NCBI GenBank assembly: GCA_001600695.1 | Contig: BCKQ01000003.1 | Coordinates: 1,327,164 to 1,355,015 of the forward strand | DNA: 27,852 nucleotides | Direction: 5' to 3' | From: Ascoidea asiatica JCM 7603 | Lineage: Eukaryota; Fungi; Ascomycota | Shown: positions 20,614 to 27,852 of the stretch, piece after piece | How positions within the stretch are numbered: the first letter of the stretch is position 1 | Layout of the letters: every line of letters starts with the position of its first letter | Made by a program: the position numbers and the translations under genes | The notes under the pieces: generated by a model | The model's database searches: none | What the model was told of the DNA's origin: nothing | The model's input: only the letters and a program-made list of their open reading frames with translations

Positions 20614-20939
20614 TTAGTTCTATACCAGTTTATTAATAAATTTCTTCTTTTCTTTTCTTATCAGTAAAGTAATGAAAATTGAAAAAGATACTCCAATTTA
20701 ATTAAACGCGTAAGTTATTAATAAACTAATAAATTAAAACGCGTGATGATAAAAATGCAATTAAAATTCAAAATTATCAAAATATCAAATATCACATGAC
20801 TCACACATCGCCATTAACCTGGAACAACTTCTGATTCTAAATAATTATAAAAAATAATATCTTTAATTGAAATAGTTTTAGAATCATGAATAGCTTTAAT
20901 TAATAATTCAATAATTATTGTCTTTAATGATTTGATGAT

Positions 20940-21569
20940 CTAATGATCTAACCAATTATCATATAAATATCTTTCCATTCTACAAATTAAACTTTCTGAT
21001 CTTTCAACTCCATCTCTAACCCAAATAGTTTTAGATCCCATTAAATTTCCCATTAAAATATCTGTTAATAATCTATCTCCAATTATAACAATTTCTTCAT
21101 TTTTAATATTATTAATATTATTATTATTATTATTATTATTATTTTTTTGAAAAAATTCTAAAATTTCTTTATAACATCCTGGTTTTTTAATATTATGTTT
21201 TAAAATTTTAATACCATTTAAATTTTTTTTTAAAATTTTATATCCTTTATAATTTAAATCATCTAAAGTACCTGATGAATTACTAACAATTAAAATATTC
21301 TCTTTTGAATAAAATTTTATTAATTCTTCAAATTTATTTTTATAATCTTTATAAATTTCATCTTCATTTTTCTTACTAAAACAATTATCTTTATCTAAAA
21401 CTATTGCTTTAATTATATTTTTATTACCTTTTTCATTATTTAAATTATTTAAATTATCAAATTCAATTGGTATTTTTAAATTATTAAAATTATTTATAAC
21501 TAATGATGGATTACATATATTTGGATTGAATAATACTCTTATTGAATTCAATGTTGCACTTATATTCAT
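20940..21569 (-). CDS. GEP4: Mitochondrial phosphatidylglycerophosphatase Gep4 (HAD family)
   Basis: MNISATLN start, AIVLDKDNCF (DxD), IVSNSSG, KKPGC, IGDRLLTDILMGNLMG. Confidence 0.95.
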   Translation of the reverse strand: MNISATLNSIRVLFNPNICNPSLVINNFNNLKIPIEFDNLNNLNNEKGNKNIIKAIVLDKDNCFSKKNEDEIYKDYKNKFEELIKFYSKENILIVSNSSGTLDDLNYKGYKILKKNLNGIKILKHNIKKPGCYKEILEFFQKNNNNNNNNNINNIKNEEIVIIGDRLLTDILMGNLMGSKTIWVRDGVERSESLICRMERYLYDNWLDH

Positions 21570-22023
21570 TTCTATCTTGAATTACCAACTTATTCAATTC
21601 ATAATCATTTAAAATAAATAAAACATAAACTACATAAACTACATAAACAACTTAAATTATTAAATTATTAAATTCTTCTCATGGTGAAATTTGTAATTTG
21701 TGTTTTAATATTTTAATGAGTTCCGGTTATACCATGTGACAATTATACATACAAACTCCGTCAAACAACCCCGTAACTGCATTTAAGCCCATATTTAACC
21801 ACATGATTTGTATTCCGAGGTAATCTTGACACGATTCCTTTCTCAAAATATTCAATATATTCATTTTATATTCAATTTATATTCATTTTGTATGTGTTGA
21901 AATGATGTCTGTTTTTTTCAAAAAGCCTTAATCAAATTATGAAATTTATTGAAATAAAATAATTAGTACTTTAAAAAAATTCAATAGAGTAAATAAATGA
22001 ATAAATATATAATTAATTTAAAA

Positions 22024-22707
22024 ATGTTTAAATTAAAATTTATATCTATTCTATTTCTATTTCTATTTTCAATATCATTTGTTAATTCAACAATTCAAAA
22101 TGATGATGATAATAATAATGAAAACAACAAAAAATATGAAGATTTAGAAATTTCAAATAATTGGGAAAATATTGAATTTTTTAAAACAATTGATTTACAA
22201 AAAAGTTATACAAAAGAATTAATTCAATTACAAATTAAAAATATTAATTCTATTCAAAATTCAATTTATTATTATCCAATTCAAAAACATTTAATTAAAA
22301 ATTTATCTTTATATATTTCTTCAACTTTAAATAATATTCCAATAAATATTGAAATTTTTGATTCAATTAATAATAATAATAAAGAAATTAAAAATTTTTC
22401 AAATGAATTTAGTTATTTAAAATTAAATTTTCCTGTACCAATTTCACCAAATTCAAAAATTTCATTCAATTTACAATTAGTTTTTATTAAAAATTTATTA
22501 CCATTTCCATTAAAAATTGAAATGAATGATAAATCAAATATAAAATTTAATTTTTTAAAATATCCTTATACTCCATATTCAACATTATCTTATAATTTAA
22601 AAATTAATGGAATTAATGAAATTTTAAATGAATTTAAATTATATAATGATTTAAATTATAATTTAATAAATTCAACTTATTTAAATGATTTTGATATAAA
22701 TTTATTA

Positions 22708-22742
<35 letters not shown>

Positions 22743-23628
22743 TTTTGAAAAATTAAATGATAAAATTATAAAACCATTAACTTATTATCCAACTGAAATT
22801 ATATTTGAAAGAAAATCTCCATTACCACATATTTATAATTTAAATAGAGATATTTGGATTTCTCATTGGGGTAATTCATTATCAATTGAAGAATATTATG
22901 AATTTACAAATTTAGCTCATGAATTAAAAAATGGTTTTTCAAGATTAAATTGGTTACAATCAAGAATGGCAATGTCACCATCTTTTGCATTAATTGCAAT
23001 GGATATGATTTTACCAAAAGATTCAAGAGAAATTTATTTTACTGATAAAGTTGGTAATGTTTCAACTTCAAGAATTGTTAATAATAATCATTTAATTTTA
23101 AAACCAAGATATCCATTATTTGGTAATTGGAATTATAATTTTACTATTGGTTGGTCATTAGATTTAAAAAATTATGTTAAAAAAAGTTTTTATAATAATA
23201 ATGAATATATTTTAAAATATAATTTATTAGATGGTCCAACAGATTGTTCAATTGATAATTTAAAATTATCTTTTTTTTTACCAGAAGGTTCAAAATTAAT
23301 TGATATTCAATCTGCTATACCATATTTATCAATTAATAAAACAAAATTTAAATCATATTTAGATTTTTATGGTCATGAAAAAATAACTTTAAAATTTAAA
23401 AATTTAATTGATGAATTTAAAAAAGCAGAAATTATTATAAAATATGAATATGATATTAATAGTTATTATTTTAAACCTTTAATTATTGGATCTTTTATAT
23501 TCACAGCTTTATTAGGTTATTTATTATTAACAAAAATTGATATAAGTATTGAAAAAAAGAATAAAAGTTTAAAAAAAGATAAAATAGAAATTTCTATAAA
23601 ACAACAACAACAAAAAAAGAAACAATGA
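22024..23628 (+). CDS. OST1: Oligosaccharyltransferase alpha subunit (ribophorin I); alternative upstream ATG at 21997
   Basis: Signal peptide MFKLKFISILFLFLFSISFVNS, RDIWISHWG...IEEYY, GFSRL, YFTDKVGNVSTS, PRYPLFGNWNYNFTIGW, a C-terminal TM segment and a KKxx-like end (KKKQ). Confidence 0.96.
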
Positions 23629-24223
23629 AGAACTAAAACTTTAATCGTTGGATTTCAAATCATTTTAATCAAGTTTATCTCTTAAAGAATATCTTTATAA
23701 ATGATATATATAAATTGAAAATATAAATAAAAATTTAAATACAATTATTATAATAAATATAAAAGCATATAAGCTTTAAAATATATAATTCAGTAAAAAA
23801 TTACGTAATATCACATGGAAACATATTTTTTAATTTTTGATCCACAAACGTGGTTTTCCGACAATGCCTTTTTTAAAAAAGCAGTAAAACGCATTTTCAG
23901 CCTTGCCTTACTTTGGCCTACGCTGAGTTGCTTTTTTGAGAAGCCAGCCCCGAAGTGTCTTTTTACGGGGTGATTGTTCTACGACTACATTCTATTGCGT
24001 TCTCAGAACTTCCGTGTGCATGTTAAATGTACTAGAACGTTTTGGTTCTGCATTATTTATTCTTTCTTCGAATTTTTGTGTGCATCTCGAATGTACTGAA
24101 ATCTTCGTGTTTGTTCTTAGAATGACGTAGTCTCTTCTAGAACAATACTTTATTTTATTTTTTTCTTAAGTATGGGAAGTGAACTTTCACATACTAAATT
24201 TACAAATTTATTCTTAAGATTGG

Positions 24224-24255
24224 TTACCCGCCCCTATTTTCCACTAATATAAATA
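24224..24255 (+). promoter_or_regulatory. Putative Pol II promoter of the right retroelement: Reb1-type TTACCCG (24224-24230) and TATA box TATAAATA (24248-24255)
   Basis: Exact motif matches in promoter-like order, upstream of the leader and gag. Confidence 0.5.
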
Positions 24256-24420
24256 GGGCACTCACCTCCCATATTTTTTATATAATTTTTGTATATTTTA
24301 TATTTTAATTAACAATTGTTTATAATTTAAATTAGATATCTTCCTAGTAATAATTAGATATTTTGCTCGAACTAAAATCCGATTTATAAAAAAATTTGGA
24401 ATATCAATTCCTTATTAAAG

Positions 24421-24840
24421 GTAAGTATTATTTAATTTTTTTTATTGTTTTCTATCTTCAACGGTAAGTCTGAGTACGACTTTAAGTCCATTATTATTTT
24501 ACTAAAATAAGAGGGATCTCAAAAAGTGGATAATTCTCTGATATCTAATTCCCTCCTATATTATTTAGGACACTTGTGGCCGTCATAGAACATGGCTCTT
24601 AGCTTTATGCTGCTTAGGGTAAATTAGAGAGAATAGTAGTAATTTAATCTGAATTGAGTTATATCATTGTTTCAAATCCTAGCCTCCTCCTCATTGCAAC
24701 GTAAAAATTAAAACCAGTTTCAATATTGTTTGGAAGTGTTAAGACAATAAAAGAATCTACTAATATATTTTCTTTAATATTACTTTCTATTTCAAATTAT
24801 TTACACTACTAATAATTCAACTAATATTACTTTTTATTAG
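24421..24840 (+). other. Predicted 420-nt spliceosomal intron in the retroelement 5' leader
   Basis: Donor AAG|GTAAGTAT, second donor GTAAGT at 24464, branch-like TACTAAT (24807) or AACTAAT (24819), T-rich tract and TAG|G at 24838-24841. Confidence 0.55.
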
Positions 24841-24994
24841 GTTTTTTTTAATTATAATACTATATTAAATTCAATTTAAATAATAAAAAAAAAAAATAAA
24901 TAAACAAAACAAAAAAAAAATTCCAAAACCAAACAATTTTTTAATACGCACAACTAACGGTAATTAACACTATTTCAACTGATAAAATACAATT

Positions 24995-26450
24995 ATGACT
25001 GAAACTATTAAATCTTTATCCAAAACCTTTAATGACAACATGCGCTTATATAAAGTTACATTTAATAAAATGGATAAATAAATTACATCAGTTAGTAAAT
25101 CAATCAACAACCTAAAATCTGATGTTAGTGAAAGATTTAAAAATCAAGATTCAAATACTCTTAAATACAGTAAGCATTTTGATGATTTAAGATCTACTAT
25201 TACAAATCAAACATCGGATAGAGATTTTAATAAAGATATGCTTAAATCCATTACATCTTCTTTATCTAAAACGTCTATAATTAATGATCCTGTTGCTCAA
25301 ATTAAACAAGAAGATGCTTCTGCTTCAGATACAACCAGTGCTACAGCTAATAAAAATGTTGCTGCTCATTCAAATGTCAATACTACTGATGATGCTGATA
25401 ACACTAGATTATTTAAAGCTGAAGACAAAATCAAAGAAGAAATTCTTAAATCACCAAATATACTAGCTGCTGCTCCAAAAGTTCAAAAGCTTGCACAAGG
25501 TTTTCAAGCACCCAAACAAAATAACCAGAACATATTCACTGAACTGAATGAGGTTAATAACTGGAGATAGGATCTCAATCAAATTAAATCTGATGAAATA
25601 AAAATTGAGTCTGCTGCTTGGGAGAATCCGAAGGTTGAAAGTGTTTTACTTTGGCCAGGTATGGCAATAAACAGAGATACTTCTGGTATTGGTATGGATG
25701 GTACTTCAAAACCACCAAAATTAAAACAAAATTTAATTATTGAAGGTAGACAAGATAGAAAATTAATTCTAAAATTACAATCTATTGAAATTTACTTCGA
25801 AATGAATAGGTTAAGATATGATTTATGGGGTATAAATCTTTATAACTATATTCCAGAATCTATGAATTTAGAGTGGATTAATTTCATTAGAACCATTGCA
25901 AGAAATGGTTTAAAAAACCCTTCATGGGCCTGCTGCCTGTGCTTTCATTCTCGGAGGTATAGACACAGATCAAAATTATAGAGCTTTAATTCATCAATTC
26001 AAAGAAATTAAACCCTCTGAAAATGAAAAAGTTGTTGATTATATTACAAGATTTAGAAATTCTTATGAAAGTCTTCCTTAAAATGCTGTTTCTAGTACTT
26101 TCATGAGATCAACAATTATTTCTTAAAATAAAAATGAATTTCCTCATCAAATTCAATGGGAAACAAAATTTCCATCCAAAACAACTACTGAATTCTTCAA
26201 CAAATTACTTAACTTGTTCAGTTCAAGAGATGTTTTTACAGCAGTTTCAAATGAAGTTATTATTGAAAATGATATTTATAAGTTCAATAATCTTGAATCA
26301 ATTATTGATTCAAACTCAAAGGAAAACTTGAATGCATTTCGTTCCACAACCAAAACTTGTGATTTCTGTAATCTCCCAGGACATTTCAGAAATACTCGTT
26401 TCTGGTATAGAAAATACAAAAACATTGCTGAAACCAAAGCTGCAAATTGA
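24995..26450 (+). pseudogene. gag of the right gypsy element
   Basis: ATG 24995 is in frame with ORFs 25238 and 25661. In-frame stops at 25079, 25568, 26079 and 26124; frameshifts near 25935 and 26215. Capsid-like VVDYITRF segment; knuckle with the last Cys changed to Arg. Confidence 0.85.
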
Positions 26451-27804
26451 AAATCAAAAGGTAATTCCAATTCTAGATACAAAAACAAATATGACAAGAA
26501 GTTTACTTACAGAATTGCTGAAGAAGGAGTGGAGGAAGACCAATCTGAAAAGTCAGAGCTGGAACTGACCTCAGAATCCTTTTCTGACGATGGACATTTT
26601 AGTTTAATCAACACGAACAACAAAAAGTTTCCTAATGGATACTTCAATTCTACTGCTAATGATAAAAAGATGAAAATTCTTTTCGATACTGGTGCTGAAT
26701 CCAACTATGTTTCTGAATCATCCTTAAAAGGCTTGGAAATGAAAATGCTAGAGCGTAAGTCTACAAGAATCCATGGCTTTACAGGCACATGGATAGTCAA
26801 TAATGATGTCATTTTACCACTATTCATTGAAAACTTTGGTTTAATTGACATTAAATGTTCTGTTTTGCCAGAAAGTTCAACAAAAGCTTTCGATATTACT
26901 ATTGGAAGTGGATTTCTCTGCGACCATAAATTTTGTGCAAACGGTAGTGATAGATTTTCAATTATGCCTTTTAACCAAGATAAAAAGTGTATTTTGAGTC
27001 CAGAAAATGTTGATGAATTAGAAAAATTTTATGTCTCAACATCACAGTCAAATGAGGAACAAGTGTTTGATCTTAAGAAATACTCTTACTTAAATGATTC
27101 AACTCCAAGATTACCTCCAGAAAGACTGTTTAAACACACTATTGAAACAACTTCTGAAACACCAGTTTATATTGGAAGTTACAACTATAGTCCTCTTCAA
27201 CAAAAATTCATTGATGAATTTGTTAAATCAAATCTAGAAGCTGGATTAATTTCTGAAACTAAAAGTGGTTGGAACTTTCCATTAATTCTTGTTCCAATAG
27301 ATGATAGAAGTTATAGAGTTTGCGTTGATTATAGGAAATTAAATGCTATTAGTGTTAGGCATTATTTTCCTTTGCCATCTATTGATATTTGCCTAAATAA
27401 ACTCAATGGTGCTAAATACTTCACTTGTTTGGATATGAAAAATGGCTTTTACCAAATTGGTTTGGATAATGATAGTAAAGCTAAAACTGCTTTTTCTTCC
27501 AATTCAGGTCATTATCAATTCAATGTCATGCCTTTTGGTTTAGTCAATGGTACTTATACCTTTCAATCATTCATGATGAAAATTTTAGGCCACCTACCTT
27601 ATGTTATGGTTTATGTTGATGATATAATTATTTACAGCCATAATAAAGCAGATCATATTGATCAAGTTAATGAGGTCCTTACTCAACTTGAAAAAGAAAA
27701 ACTTCAATTAAATGTGAAGAAGTCAAAATTCTTTTGCAAAGAAGTTCAATTTTTAGGACATATTGTTTCCTCAGAAGGAATCAAAACTGATCCTACAAAG
27801 ATCC
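26451..27804 (+). pseudogene. pol (protease plus reverse transcriptase) of the right gypsy element
   Basis: Open from 26451, in the same frame as the gag knuckle. DTG and YVDD are intact; the frame is broken at 27805 by a duplication. Confidence 0.9.
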
Positions 27805-27852
27805 AGAAAAACTTCAATTAAATGTGAAGAAGTCAAAATTCTTTTGCAAAGA
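27695..27852 (+). repeat. Exact 48-nt direct repeat (27695-27742 = 27805-27852), period 110 nt
   Basis: AGAAAAACTTCAATTAAATGTGAAGAAGTCAAAATTCTTTTGCAAAGA occurs twice; the second copy runs to the window end. Confidence 0.95.

Larger units (their letters stand above)
24200..27852 (+). mobile_element. Degenerate Ty3/gypsy LTR retrotransposon (leader-gag-PR-RT; 3'-truncated by window)
   Basis: Gag with knuckle CDFCNLPGHFRNT(R), protease ILFDTGAESNYV and RT RVCVDYRKLN...LDMKNGFYQI...MPFGL...YVDDIII...FLGHIV. The 5' boundary is approximate and LTR ends were not identified. Confidence 0.95.

Noticed and set aside
14545-23628. Pericentromeric location (retroelement relics on both sides; PTC1 and OST1 are centromere-linked in S. 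cerevisiae)
   Set aside because: Those genes flank different S. cerevisiae centromeres and nothing in this window marks a centromere. Hi-C or CENP-A ChIP would be needed.
23810-23862. CDEI-like ATCACATG followed by CDEIII-like TTTCCGA (point centromere)
   Set aside because: The spacer is only ~30-35 nt rather than ~80 nt or more of near-pure AT, and the CDEIII flanks do not match.
8848-24130. Small ORFs 8848, 11748, 13539, 14279, 18677, 18958, 19225, 20178, 23936
   Set aside because: These have non-ATG starts, are antisense shadows of real genes or are low-complexity promoter sequence, and none has recognisable motifs.
24380-24429. Minus strand begins ATACTTACCT like U1 snRNA
   Set aside because: There is no U1 stem-loop I (GATCA.GAAG) or other U1 architecture downstream. 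It is better explained as a strong plus-strand 5' splice site.
24588-24605. AACA-TGGCTC as an LTR end plus tRNA primer-binding site
   Set aside because: Only about 6 nt match the tRNA 3' ends I can recall, which is too short.
25079-26126. Four gag stops (TAA/TAG) that could all be CpA>TpA changes (RIP-like)
   Set aside because: The ancestral codons are unknown, Gln-to-stop is a common neutral route, and the adjacent pol remains open with many CAA codons.
1-27852. CRISPR arrays, rRNA or tRNA genes
   Set aside because: None seen; all repeats are simple micro- or minisatellites in a eukaryotic context.

Overview
Very AT-rich eukaryotic DNA from a budding yeast (Saccharomycotina-like: short GT-AG intron, complex I subunit present, poly-Asn tracts). 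A block of host genes lies between two different degenerate Ty3/gypsy LTR-retrotransposon relics, at 1-~4100 and ~24200-end. The genes are the complex I 24-kDa subunit, SAC1, enolase, PTC1-type PP2C, two-exon SPT4 (missed by the ORF track), a TBP, GEP4 and OST1. Four observations stand out. (1) An intact stand-alone ORF (5484-6572) has host-like codon usage and a Ty1/copia Gag capsid-like pattern, making it a candidate domesticated Gag. (2) The TBP core is unusually divergent for a fungus and may be a second, TBP-related factor. (3) The right gypsy element has a spliceosomal-intron-like 5' leader containing an 11-nt complement of the putative transcript start, as in Tf1-type self-priming. (4) There is a decayed DRE2 3' fragment. 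All homology calls come from motif recognition by eye against remembered sequences; no searches were run.
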